From Candidatus Cloacimonadales bacterium (GTDB lineage: Bacteria; Cloacimonadota; Cloacimonadia; Cloacimonadales; JAFGVF01), in contig CAXXJV010000001.1 of the NCBI GenBank assembly GCA_963663475.2, positions 928,001 to 992,000 of the forward strand: a stretch of 64,000 nucleotides of DNA. The letters are read 5' to 3'. Within the stretch, counting starts at the first letter, position 1. Every line of letters starts with the position of its first letter. The notes beneath the pieces were generated by a model. It saw only the letters and a program-made list of their open reading frames with translations, was not told where the DNA came from and did not search any database. Shown here piece by piece: positions 38,308-48,042 of this stretch. Position numbers and translations under genes: made by a program.

Positions 38308-38907
38308 ATGAAAAAAATATTTATTAGTGCGTTTGTAGTTTTTTTGTTAATCTCAGCTTGGGCTAAGGAAGGTCAAGAGATTATTGAACAAGCTTTTGCT
38401 TTAGAAAAAACTGATATTCATCAAGCTTATAGAATTATGAAAGAGGCAAAAGGAGACTTCCCTGATGACCCTGATATCTTAAGTGTTTATGGTTATATGG
38501 CTGGGTTTGAAGCTAAAGAAACTTATAAAATAAGAGCTTTATTGATAGTCAATAGTGCTTTATCAGCTTTTGAACAAGCGTTAGAAATTGATGGAGAGCA
38601 TAAAAATGCCAGACTTTGGGGAGGGATACTGAAAATAAATATGCCTTCTTTTTTAGGAAAAGTTCCTCAAGGTATGGAAGACTTACAGCTTGTAGGAAAA
38701 AGAGATGATCTTACTCCAAGTGAGCAAATGCAGGTAAAGTTCTTTTTAGGGATGGGGTATGAGAAGACAGGACAATATGACCAGGCTATTAGTCTTTTCC
38801 AAAAGGTTATTGAAATGAATTTAGATGAAACTTATGTTAAGGATAGTAAGATGAGGATAGAGAGACAAAGACAAAGGGAAAGAGAAGAAAGTCTTCACAA
38901 GAATTAA
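38308..38907 (+). CDS. Secreted TPR protein, paralog of the N-terminus of 35677-37221
   Basis: Signal peptide; DFP..D.LSVYG and F.QAL.ID..HKN..LW.GIL..N.P.F shared with the paralog. Confidence 0.82.
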   Translation: MKKIFISAFVVFLLISAWAKEGQEIIEQAFALEKTDIHQAYRIMKEAKGDFPDDPDILSVYGYMAGFEAKETYKIRALLIVNSALSAFEQALEIDGEHKNARLWGGILKINMPSFLGKVPQGMEDLQLVGKRDDLTPSEQMQVKFFLGMGYEKTGQYDQAISLFQKVIEMNLDETYVKDSKMRIERQRQREREESLHKN

Positions 38908-38982
38908 CCCAAATATTGTAGTAGGCTTTTGTGAATAGAAGAATCTGCAATCTTCACTAAAGCTCTACAGTATCATCTAGAT
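38907..38982. mobile_element. Internally deleted MITE copy at a stop codon
   Basis: ACCCAAATATTGTAGTAGG..TTGTGAATAG fused to AATCTGCAATCTTCACTAAAGCTCTAC. Confidence 0.65.
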
Positions 38983-39054
38983 TTAAGTTATAAAGAAAAA
39001 AGCCTAAGATTTCTCTCAGGCTTTAAGTTTATTATAAACTGAATAGATTATAAA

Positions 39055-39498
39055 CTATTCGTCAGTGTCTTTTTCTTTATTATTTTCACAATCACAATCT
39101 TCACCGCAATCACAGTCTTCAGTCTCATCATCGCAATTGCAGTTGCAATCACAATCATCTTTCTTAGCAGAGTCGGTTACAGTGATAGCAAAGATATCAA
39201 TATTTAATCTTGCAGAACTTAAAACAGGGTAGAAATCTTCAATATATTCAGTAACTGTTGTTTGAATATCTTGGTTGTTATCCAAGACATCTTGCTTGAA
39301 GCCTACACTTATCTTAAGTGAAGATAAATCCATATTGATGTTAATCTTAGGTTTTTCACCATAGACATTGTTTAAGAATTCAGGCAAAGATTTACTTAGT
39401 TTGGAAATAGCAGATATCTTTTGATACATTTTAAATCCAGCATATCCAATTCCAGCAAAAGCTCCTAACCACAGTACTTTCTTAAAAAATTTACTCAT
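39055..39498 (-). CDS. Membrane-anchored hypothetical protein with Cys/Asp-rich tail
   Basis: N-terminal hydrophobic helix; DCDCNCNC..DCDC..DCDC; AGGAGG SD. Confidence 0.8.
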   Translation of the reverse strand: MSKFFKKVLWLGAFAGIGYAGFKMYQKISAISKLSKSLPEFLNNVYGEKPKININMDLSSLKISVGFKQDVLDNNQDIQTTVTEYIEDFYPVLSSARLNIDIFAITVTDSAKKDDCDCNCNCDDETEDCDCGEDCDCENNKEKDTDE

Positions 39499-39538
39499 TT
39501 CTCCTCCTTTTTAAGTTTTAGTATATGAGCAAAGTCTA

Positions 39539-40249
39539 TTATTTATATATAGACTTAATTTTTCCCCATGATTTCTTTGTGTTATTAACAGGAGTACCTG
39601 CTTGAACATCTTCCATAGTTCTTGGGTTAATAGAGAATTCGTCAAAACCATAATTAACCATACCGATAATAGCAGTATAAGTATCACCAACTGCTGGTTC
39701 AGGTTGCACGTAGAATAAGTCATCAACGTTACAGTCGCCTGTGTTATCATCAACTTGGAATTGGTTATATTGGTCTGGAGCGCCAGTAACTGTTACATTC
39801 ATAACTTTTACTAAGCAACCTTCGTATGATTCAGCAGTCATTCCACCAGCCATTTGACCAGTTGTAACGATTGTAGGGTTTGGAACAGGGTTACCAGAAC
39901 TTAAAACAGTAACATCACAGTAAGTTAATTCTGTGTAGCCATAATATTCATCAACAGTACCAGTAACTTCTACTAAGTCACCAACTTGAACATCAACACT
40001 CCAATCAAAAACATAGATACCTTTCCAAGCTCCACCTTCAGGTTGAGAGATAAAGAATTTGCCTATTTCAGTTTGAGTGTTAGCACGGTTAGCTGTTACA
40101 ACACCTTGAACAGTTACTTCTTGGCCATCAAGTGGAGATGGATAAGTTCCATCTGAACCAGCATCAGTAGTATACTGAATGTCATAAATCGTTGTAGCAC
40201 TCATAGCTACACTAACAACTAATAATATTACAAGTAAAAAGTTTTTCAT
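39539..40249 (-). CDS. Secreted tandem OB-fold-like protein with C-terminal WGKIK motif
   Basis: Signal peptide, TIYDIQ..SPLDGQEVTVQGVVT, VGDLVEVTGTVDEYYG, ESYEGCLV; ends KKSWGKIKSIYK. Confidence 0.82.
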   Translation of the reverse strand: MKNFLLVILLVVSVAMSATTIYDIQYTTDAGSDGTYPSPLDGQEVTVQGVVTANRANTQTEIGKFFISQPEGGAWKGIYVFDWSVDVQVGDLVEVTGTVDEYYGYTELTYCDVTVLSSGNPVPNPTIVTTGQMAGGMTAESYEGCLVKVMNVTVTGAPDQYNQFQVDDNTGDCNVDDLFYVQPEPAVGDTYTAIIGMVNYGFDEFSINPRTMEDVQAGTPVNNTKKSWGKIKSIYK

Positions 40250-40570
40250 TATAAACTCCTTTTTTTATTTACACTTATTATTTTTCTCATTTTTAATGAC
40301 ACAATTATAAGTCACATTTATCATAGTAACAAAATAGTGTCAATACTTTTTTCTATAATTTAAGATTAATTAACATTTCACATTTCCAAATAAAACTAAA
40401 ATATGCATGTAAATAATAGTTGATTTGATAGGCTAAACAAGTTATTACTTCTCAATTACAAAAATATAAGTACCGAGATAACTATTAGTTAGGATGAAAT
40501 AAAAAGACTTCTCTTTGTGTGGTTAAGCTTTTTTTATAGACAGTTATTAGAGACTAGTCAATGTGGTTTT

Positions 40571-42229
40571 ATGAAGAATATAACACTCCTAGGAATTAAT
40601 GCTCGCTATACTCACTCCAATCTTGCCCTCTTTTATATGAGGGAGGCTATTGTTGATTTGCCTTATAAGGTGAATCTAAGTGAAGAGAGTATCAATCAAG
40701 ATAAGTTTAAAATACTAGCTAATCTAGTTGAGACTGAGCCACAAATAGTAGCTATTTCAACTTATATATGGAATCGGGAAATTGTAGAATTTCTACTCAC
40801 ATCACTTAAAAAGATTAATCCTGAAATAATTGTAGTTTTGGGAGGCCCAGAAGCGGGTTATAATAGGTCATATTGGCAGGGGAAAGACTTGCAAGCAGAT
40901 TATATTATAGTAGGTGGAGGAGAAGAGGCTTGGCGATATTTGGCACTTAATGATTTTAATCTTGCAGAAAGCTATTTAAGAATACCAAATAAAGCTTTCT
41001 CTAAGATTTCATTTCCTTATAAATCTAGTGATTTTTTAATGCTTGAGAATAAATATATTTATTATGAAGCATCTCGAGGTTGCCCTTTTAAATGTTCATT
41101 TTGCTTGTCTTCTCGTTCAGATCAGAAGTTAGAGTATAAAAGTTTTCCTGCAATTAAGTCCGAACTAGATATTATTCTAGCTCATAATCCAAAGATAATC
41201 AAGTTTGTTGATAGATCATTCAATGCTAATGCTAGTATTTCGCAAGCAATCTGGGAATATATTATTTCTTTAGAAACCAAGACTAAGTTTCATTTTGAAG
41301 TTCATCCTGCACTTTTTAAGCAAAGGGATTATGAGATTTTAGATAAATGTCCTCCCGATAGGATTCAATTTGAGATAGGAATTCAATCTACCAATCCAAA
41401 GACTATTACAGCTATTAATAGAAATCATCATTTCCAGGATTATCGAAGTAAGCTTGAGAAAATCTTGAAAATAAGAAACATACATAGTCATTTAGATCTA
41501 ATTATTGGCTTACCATATGAAGATAAAGATTCATTTCTTAATTCTTTAAATGACTTGCTTATTTTGGAATCTGATGTTATCCAGTTGGGTTTCTTAAAGG
41601 TCTTACCTGCTACGGAGATGGCTGAAAAGAGGGAAGAGTATGGTCTGGAATATGACTCATTTCCTCCCTATCAAATTCTGCAAACTAAATGGTTACCTTT
41701 TAAGGATATGCAATTTTTCTTAGCTTTTGAAGATATGTTTAATCATATTTATAACAGCTCTAGATTGAAAAGTAGTCTTAAATTTATCACAAGTTATTTA
41801 GATAGACCTGTTGATTTTTTTATACACTTTAATCTTTTTTTACAAGACAGATTTGACATTACTAATAGCAATTGGCTTGCTTTATTTGCAGTCGTAAGAG
41901 AATTTATACATACAAGTTATCCCCAACTAAATAAAGACTTGGTTGATGATTATTTATCCTGGGATTGGCTTCGTCATTCTCGTAAAAATAACCTACCTAG
42001 TTTTTTGGATAGGGAAGAAAATCATCTTTTCAAAAGACAAATATTTTCAGACCTAAAGAGCAAAGATGATCATGCTTGGAAGGAAATACTAGGGCCTCAT
42101 ATTAAGAATCTTAATAACTGTGCTTTTTTCATACCAAGAACAAAGGACTTTTGTCAGAAAGAACTGGCTGGTAAAACTAGAGTGCTTTTATTTAATCCAG
42201 AAGGTCTTGCTTTTATAGGAGAGAATTAA
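40571..42229 (+). CDS. B12-binding radical SAM protein (DUF4080-type)
   Basis: INARYTHSNLA, GGPE, YEASRGCPFKCSFC (CxxxCxxC), HLDLIIGLPYE; start set at MKNITLLG. Confidence 0.9.
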   Translation: MKNITLLGINARYTHSNLALFYMREAIVDLPYKVNLSEESINQDKFKILANLVETEPQIVAISTYIWNREIVEFLLTSLKKINPEIIVVLGGPEAGYNRSYWQGKDLQADYIIVGGGEEAWRYLALNDFNLAESYLRIPNKAFSKISFPYKSSDFLMLENKYIYYEASRGCPFKCSFCLSSRSDQKLEYKSFPAIKSELDIILAHNPKIIKFVDRSFNANASISQAIWEYIISLETKTKFHFEVHPALFKQRDYEILDKCPPDRIQFEIGIQSTNPKTITAINRNHHFQDYRSKLEKILKIRNIHSHLDLIIGLPYEDKDSFLNSLNDLLILESDVIQLGFLKVLPATEMAEKREEYGLEYDSFPPYQILQTKWLPFKDMQFFLAFEDMFNHIYNSSRLKSSLKFITSYLDRPVDFFIHFNLFLQDRFDITNSNWLALFAVVREFIHTSYPQLNKDLVDDYLSWDWLRHSRKNNLPSFLDREENHLFKRQIFSDLKSKDDHAWKEILGPHIKNLNNCAFFIPRTKDFCQKELAGKTRVLLFNPEGLAFIGEN

Positions 42230-42325
42230 ACCCAAAATGCAGTAGATCTTTGAGAATATGCACTCTTCACCTGTGATACCTAGCTTTAGCTAAGTATTAC
42301 TAAAGCTCTATTACAATATCTGGGT
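42230..42325. mobile_element. Short MITE copy with TAA duplication at the radical SAM stop codon
   Basis: TAA|ACCCAAAATGCAGTAGATCTTTG...ACTAAAGCTCTATTACAATATCTGGGT|TAA. Confidence 0.72.
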
Positions 42326-42402
42326 TAAAACAAAAAAAATATTGTCAAATCAAGCAATATAGGTTACTTTATTGTAAAAAGTAAAAGTAACGGAGAGCTA
42401 AA

Positions 42403-44904
42403 ATGAGTCTTTTCCCAGCACATGATCCTGTATTGATATTTTCTATCGTTATGACAACAGTCTTAATTGCTCCTTTATTGGCAGAAAAATTAAGACTACC
42501 TGGAATTATTGGTTTGATTTTTTTTGGTATTATTCTAGGTCCACATGTTATGAATGTTTTAGAGAAAGACCGAGCTATCGACCTTTTGGGTAAGATAGGT
42601 TTACTTTATATTATGTTTCAAGCAGGACTTGAGATTAATTTAGATGAGATAAAAAGAAACAAACATTTGAGTATCAATTTTGGTATCATGACTTTTTTGA
42701 TTCCGCTAGTCCTAGGAACCTTAGGTGCTTTCTATATCTTAAATATGTCCCTACCTGCTTCAATATTACTTGCAAGCATGTTCTCGTCTCATACTCTTCT
42801 CACCTTTCCTATAGTTTCTAGAATGGGTTTAGCTAAGAAGAAATCTGTAACAGCAACTATTGGGGGAACAATTATTACCGATACTTTAGCCTTCTTAGTT
42901 TTAGCTACTATAGCAGCAATCCATACTGGCCAAGTATCAGCTACTTTTTGGATAAAATTAATATCTTTTTCCTTAATCTATGGGGGAATAGTTATTATCT
43001 TGTTACCTAAGATTACCACCTGGTTCTTTAGAAGATTCTTCACAGAATCGGGAGTTGAAGACTATGTATTTGTCATTACAGCCCTATTTGTTTCAGCCCA
43101 CTTCTCGCATATGATTGGTTTAGAACCAATTATTGGTGCGTTTTTGGCAGGCTTAACTCTCAATCCTCTCATCCCTGAAAAGGGACTTCTAATGAATAGA
43201 ATCCAGTTTGTGGGCAACTCTCTCTTTATCCCTTTCTTCTTAATATCAGTAGGTATGTTAATCGACCCTGTCGTTCTTTTTACCAATAAATCAGCAATTT
43301 TAGTATCATTAGTCATGATTGTTATAGCTCTACTCTCTAAAGACTTAGCTGCACGTTTATTCTCTAAATTAGCTAAGTTCTCTAAAAATGAGAGAGGACT
43401 TATCTATGGTATGAGTGTTAATCAAGCTGCTGCTACCTTGGCTGCTGTTCTAGTGGGGTATAATATCGGAATCTTTACTGAAGCAATTTTATCTGGTACT
43501 ATTATGATGATAGTTGCTACAAGTTTAGTAGGGTCAATAATGACTCAAAAGTATGCTAAAAAGATAGTAATTAATAAGAAAAGTGATATTCAAGACATTC
43601 CAAGTAAGATGAGTCTTAATAGAATTTTAATCCCTCTTCTTAAAGAAAAAGATGTAGCACCGCTAATGGATTTCTCCTTCCTTCTTCAAAGTAAGGGCTC
43701 TCATGAACCTCTTTATCCACTCCACATATCTTTAGAAGGTAACAACATGGAAGAAAAGATTGTTGATGGAGAAGCTATTTTAGCCAAGGCCAATGTTAGG
43801 TCAAACTCAAATCAGAAAAATTCTATTCCTTTGAATAAGATAGACTCAAATATTTCTGCTTCTATTTTAAAAACTATCAATGAGCAGAGGATAAATAAGG
43901 TAATATTAGGTTGGAGTGAGAATGGACCATTTATAAGTTCCTTCTATGAAACAACCACTGAACAGTTAAGTCGCTATTGCTTAGAAATGATTCTGATAGC
44001 AAACTTGATAAAACCAATGAATATTACTAAAAGGCTTATCTTAATTGTACCTCCTTATCTCTATAGACAAGCTGGTTTTACTGATACAATCAATTCTTTA
44101 AAGGTGTTAAAGAATGAGTTGTCAGCTGAATGGCTTATTGTTTCAGAGGAAGAGACTTTTATAGAAATCAAGCATCATTTTGATAAGCAAAAAGCTAGTG
44201 TAGATTTTAAAGCAGTAGAAAGCTGGAAAACTGTAACAAACTTAATTAAATCTATTGTTGAACCTACAGATATGATTATTCAAATTTTGGCTCGAAAGGG
44301 CTCTATAGCTTGGAGGATGTCTTTTGATCAACTTGCTAATAGTCTATATAAGAATTTACCAGGAAATAACTTAATAGCTGTATATCCTTATCTCTATACT
44401 GATGAACACTTAGACCTATCATCAGATGATACTATTGCTGAAACAAGTATTAATGATACTTTTATTAATGACCTTATCCCAGCTAATAATATTTATTTTG
44501 ATTTGACAGAGAAGAATCCTGAAATCGCTTTTGCTAAGATTTTTAAAGATAGCCTAAGCAAGAATAATCAGCAAGTTCTCCAGCAAATTATTGATGTTCT
44601 TCACGATTTCCCACTTGAATTAACCCAAGAAATTGTTCTTATTCATACAAGAACAAATCTTGTGCAAGAATATCAAATATTTATTGCTGTGAATAAGACA
44701 GGTTTTGATATACCGAAAATTGATAATAACCATAAGATTATGATAATTCTTTTATCTCCAATAGATAAAACAACCCAAAGCCATCTTAATATCCTCTCGC
44801 AAATTTCTCGAACTGTTACCCAAGATAGGTTTGTCAGTTCAATCTTAGAATCAAATAATTTTGCTCAGTTTAACGAAATGTGTCAAGAAGGAAAATGTAT
44901 TTAA
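42403..44904 (+). CDS. Cation:proton antiporter (CPA2) with cytoplasmic domain and PTS EIIA-like C-terminus
   Basis: GLLYIMFQAGLE, ASMFSSHTL, GGTIITD, EPIIGAFLAGL; C-terminal HLNILSQISR. Confidence 0.88.
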   Translation: MSLFPAHDPVLIFSIVMTTVLIAPLLAEKLRLPGIIGLIFFGIILGPHVMNVLEKDRAIDLLGKIGLLYIMFQAGLEINLDEIKRNKHLSINFGIMTFLIPLVLGTLGAFYILNMSLPASILLASMFSSHTLLTFPIVSRMGLAKKKSVTATIGGTIITDTLAFLVLATIAAIHTGQVSATFWIKLISFSLIYGGIVIILLPKITTWFFRRFFTESGVEDYVFVITALFVSAHFSHMIGLEPIIGAFLAGLTLNPLIPEKGLLMNRIQFVGNSLFIPFFLISVGMLIDPVVLFTNKSAILVSLVMIVIALLSKDLAARLFSKLAKFSKNERGLIYGMSVNQAAATLAAVLVGYNIGIFTEAILSGTIMMIVATSLVGSIMTQKYAKKIVINKKSDIQDIPSKMSLNRILIPLLKEKDVAPLMDFSFLLQSKGSHEPLYPLHISLEGNNMEEKIVDGEAILAKANVRSNSNQKNSIPLNKIDSNISASILKTINEQRINKVILGWSENGPFISSFYETTTEQLSRYCLEMILIANLIKPMNITKRLILIVPPYLYRQAGFTDTINSLKVLKNELSAEWLIVSEEETFIEIKHHFDKQKASVDFKAVESWKTVTNLIKSIVEPTDMIIQILARKGSIAWRMSFDQLANSLYKNLPGNNLIAVYPYLYTDEHLDLSSDDTIAETSINDTFINDLIPANNIYFDLTEKNPEIAFAKIFKDSLSKNNQQVLQQIIDVLHDFPLELTQEIVLIHTRTNLVQEYQIFIAVNKTGFDIPKIDNNHKIMIILLSPIDKTTQSHLNILSQISRTVTQDRFVSSILESNNFAQFNEMCQEGKCI

Positions 44905-45051
44905 TTTTTGTTTCTCTCAAACCCCTAAGATTATCTGATGTAGATTTGACCTATATGCATTGTTTACTGGCTGACTATTAGCCCTGGAGCTAATTAATGC
45001 CTAATAGATAAGCAATAGACCGTAAAGTAACTTTCTTAGGAACTGAGTGTA

Positions 45052-45216
45052 TATGGACTGAGAGCATCTTGCTCTCAGAATCATTTTGTGCAAGCAGGGA
45101 TGCTTTTTATGGACTGAGAGCATCTTGCTCTCAGAATCATTTTGTGCAAGCAAGGATGCTTACATTCCATAAGGTATCTTGCTCTCAGAAAACTCCATAA
45201 GGTATCTTGCTCTGAG
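45052..45216. repeat. 56-bp tandem duplication of a REP-like doublet plus partial copies
   Basis: TATGGACTGAGAGCATCTTGCTCTCAGAATCATTTTGTGCAAGCA.GGATGCTT at 45052 and 45108; CCATAAGGTATCTTGCTCT twice. Confidence 0.85.
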
Positions 45217-45258
45217 ATAGACTTCAGAAAAGACATCTTAGTAATATATTTACCAACG

Positions 45259-45287
45259 AAAAAGCCCCCTTTCAGGGGGGCAAAAAA
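45259..45287 (-). terminator. Terminator of rpmB
   Basis: GCCCCCT-TTC-AGGGGGGC stem with A run on the left. Confidence 0.7.
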
Positions 45288-45333
45288 GTATTTGATAAAC
45301 TACTATAGTTTAATTCTTTATAATAAATTAGAA

Positions 45334-45525
45334 TTATACAACTTTTTTTACTTTATTAGCTTTTAAGCAAGCAGCACAAATTTTAATAGTTTTAACTTCA
45401 CCATTAATATCAGCTCTAATTTTCTGAAGATTTGGGTAAAATCTTCTTTTAGTTGCATTTAAAGCATGACTACGAAGGTTTCCAACAATTGAACCTTTTC
45501 CGCATACATCGCATACTCGTGACAT
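45334..45525 (-). CDS. rpmB: 50S ribosomal protein L28
   Basis: [32 protein letters not shown]. Confidence 0.97.
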   Translation of the reverse strand: MSRVCDVCGKGSIVGNLRSHALNATKRRFYPNLQKIRADINGEVKTIKICAACLKANKVKKVV

Positions 45526-45635
45526 AATTCACCTTCCTCATTTTTTTCTATTTATGACAAAAGAATGATATACATATATTTTGACAAGAATTTTGTTCAT
45601 TTTTTTTTAGATAGACAAATCTGTCCAGAAAAAAA

Positions 45636-47483
45636 TTAGAAACGTCTTCTTTCTCCCAAGAGAATAATATCTTTTAGATTCTTTTTTCTACTAGCATTAA
45701 TCCATTTTTTCTCAAATTCTTTATTCTGGACAATTTGAGCAATTGCGGAAAGAGATTTCAGGTGAATATTTCTTTCTGACATAGAACCAGCTAGCACAAA
45801 GATAGCTTTTACTTCTCTTTGATCTTCAGAAAATTTAATTCCTTGCTTAGATCTGATAAGGATAATTTCAAAGCTGTCTTCCTTTTCTACAATGAGATGA
45901 GGAATTGCAACAAAAGGAGTAAGAGCAGTTGAAGCCTGTTGTTCTCTATCATGAAGTTTTCTTAGAATATCTTCTTTTGAGATTGTTAGCTCTTTTTCTA
46001 GATGTTCAGCTATGAGGCTAAACAATTGATCTATGCTTATATTATCAGTAATATCCATAACTTCAGCATCCTCAATCAAGGTATCAAATTTATCTTTGGT
46101 AATATCATCTCTTTCATAGAGAATACTTTTTAATTCTCCTTCTAAATTGTAAGATGTTAATTTTTTGTTCATAACTCTTTCTATTAAATGAAGGAAAGCA
46201 TATTCATTATGTTCTTTCTTTTTCCCGTATAAAAGATAAACAAAAAAACCAAAGATTATTAAGCCAAAGCTTATGAGGATGGGGTAGAGTCCCATATCAA
46301 AAATCAGCATAATAAAAGCAAAGATGGCTAAAATTTGTGTCCAAGGATATAATGGTGCTTTGAAAGATGGACGATAGTTTTGAATTTTACTTTCTCTTAG
46401 GATTATAACAGATAGGTTAGATAGGATATAGTTCATAATAACAACAGTTGAGGCTGCTTTAATTAAAATATCTAATGGAAGTAAGATTGCAAATATTATA
46501 AATCCACCAGTTATTAATAGAGAAATAGTGGGTGTGCCAAGTTTTGGAGATATAAATCCTAATGCTTTAGGCATCAAATTATCTCTACTCATAGCCAAGG
46601 GATAACGTGAAGCTGACATGATTCCAGCATTGGCTGTTGTGATAAAAGCTAACATTGAAGCTATAAGAATCATATAAAAACCAAAGTTACCTAAGAATAG
46701 TTTAGCTGCATTGGCTATAGGAGTTAGATTATTAGGGTCTGCTAAAGTTCTAGGATTTTCTATACCAACAGTAACGATTAACATGCCAGTATAGAGGATA
46801 ATGGTAACTACTAAAGATGAGATGAGTCCTAAAGGAATATTTCTCTTTGGATTAGTAATTTCTTCTGACATTGATGCTACTTTGATTAGACCACCATATG
46901 AAACAAAAACAAATCCTGCTGCTATGAGTACTCCCTTACCTCCATTAAAGGTAAAAGGTTCAAAATGCTGAACATGAACAGATGAGATACCTCCAACTAT
47001 GTAAATTAACATAATAGAAATAAGGATTACTACTAAAGCTACTTGGAATTTTCCTGCCTCTTTAACTCCTGTTATATTGAGACTTACAAAGAAAAGTGTA
47101 ATCACTATACCAACAAGAGACCAGGTGGGGGAAGGCAAGGTAAAAAATAATTTGGCTACAGACATTATACCAATAATACCAAAAGCAGATTTTAAGGAGA
47201 GGGCAAACCAACTCAATAAGCCTGAAATGGTACCTACTGAAGCTCCAAGACTACGGTTAATAAAGAAGTAGTCTCCTCCAGCTTTAGGCATAGCTGTGGC
47301 TAATTCGGAAACAGATAAGACACCTGCAAAAGCAAGCAGACCAGCAATAAAATAGGAAACAAACTCTGAGGGACCAGTCATAGCAAAAGCTAAACCTGGT
47401 AAGATAAAGATACCTGAACTTATCATAGCACCAGTGGCTATGGAGAAAATTTCAGGTAATTTAAGAGCTTTCTTGAGGGGCAT
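45636..47483 (-). CDS. APC amino acid permease with C-terminal PTS EIIA domain
   Basis: GAMISSGIFILPG, ELATAMPKAGG, EEITNPKRNIP; STALTPFVAIPH EIIA motif; start after GGAGGT. Confidence 0.9.
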   Translation of the reverse strand: MPLKKALKLPEIFSIATGAMISSGIFILPGLAFAMTGPSEFVSYFIAGLLAFAGVLSVSELATAMPKAGGDYFFINRSLGASVGTISGLLSWFALSLKSAFGIIGIMSVAKLFFTLPSPTWSLVGIVITLFFVSLNITGVKEAGKFQVALVVILISIMLIYIVGGISSVHVQHFEPFTFNGGKGVLIAAGFVFVSYGGLIKVASMSEEITNPKRNIPLGLISSLVVTIILYTGMLIVTVGIENPRTLADPNNLTPIANAAKLFLGNFGFYMILIASMLAFITTANAGIMSASRYPLAMSRDNLMPKALGFISPKLGTPTISLLITGGFIIFAILLPLDILIKAASTVVIMNYILSNLSVIILRESKIQNYRPSFKAPLYPWTQILAIFAFIMLIFDMGLYPILISFGLIIFGFFVYLLYGKKKEHNEYAFLHLIERVMNKKLTSYNLEGELKSILYERDDITKDKFDTLIEDAEVMDITDNISIDQLFSLIAEHLEKELTISKEDILRKLHDREQQASTALTPFVAIPHLIVEKEDSFEIILIRSKQGIKFSEDQREVKAIFVLAGSMSERNIHLKSLSAIAQIVQNKEFEKKWINASRKKNLKDIILLGERRRF

Positions 47484-47904
47484 TGCACCTCCTATCAATT
47501 AAAGTTACTTTTCTGTAATTATCAATAATTTCGAAATGAAGTTCAATTCTTTCAGGAGTGATTAAATCTTCAGCAATCTCAGGCCACTCTATGAAAACAA
47601 TACCTTCGTCAGTAAAATCAGTAATACCTAGCTCTAAAATCTCTTCAGCAGATCCCAATCTGTAGAGATCTAAGTGGAAGATAGTAAAGTCATGACCATC
47701 ATATTCATTTAATAATACATATGAAGGAGAGCTTACGTAGTCTCTGACACCTAACTCTTGGCAGAAGTTGCTTACGAAATAGGTTTTCCCAGCACCTAAT
47801 TCTCCGTAGAGAAAATAGATGTTCCCTTTTCTAGCTTCTTTTGCTAGCGATATGGCAAAATTCTTACTTTCTTCTTTATTTTTTAATATGATTTCTTTTT
47901 TCAT
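47461..47904 (-). CDS. tsaE: tRNA threonylcarbamoyladenosine biosynthesis ATPase
   Basis: GELGAGKT, SSPSY, HLDLYRL, IEW. Confidence 0.95.
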   Translation of the reverse strand: MKKEIILKNKEESKNFAISLAKEARKGNIYFLYGELGAGKTYFVSNFCQELGVRDYVSSPSYVLLNEYDGHDFTIFHLDLYRLGSAEEILELGITDFTDEGIVFIEWPEIAEDLITPERIELHFEIIDNYRKVTLIDRRCNAPQESS

Positions 47905-48042
47905 TTTTACCTTTTAATGATTTGATATTTTTATACAAAGTTAATGAGGAGAATCCCCAACAATTCTCCAAAGAGGAAAATTGTTAGGGAAACATTTTTA
48001 TCTAAACTTATAAATATTAAAGTTTAGTGAAAAATTAAATTT

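Noticed and set aside
39511..39753. 80-aa alternative-frame ORF
   Set aside because: Overlaps the 236-aa secreted protein in another frame on the same strand.
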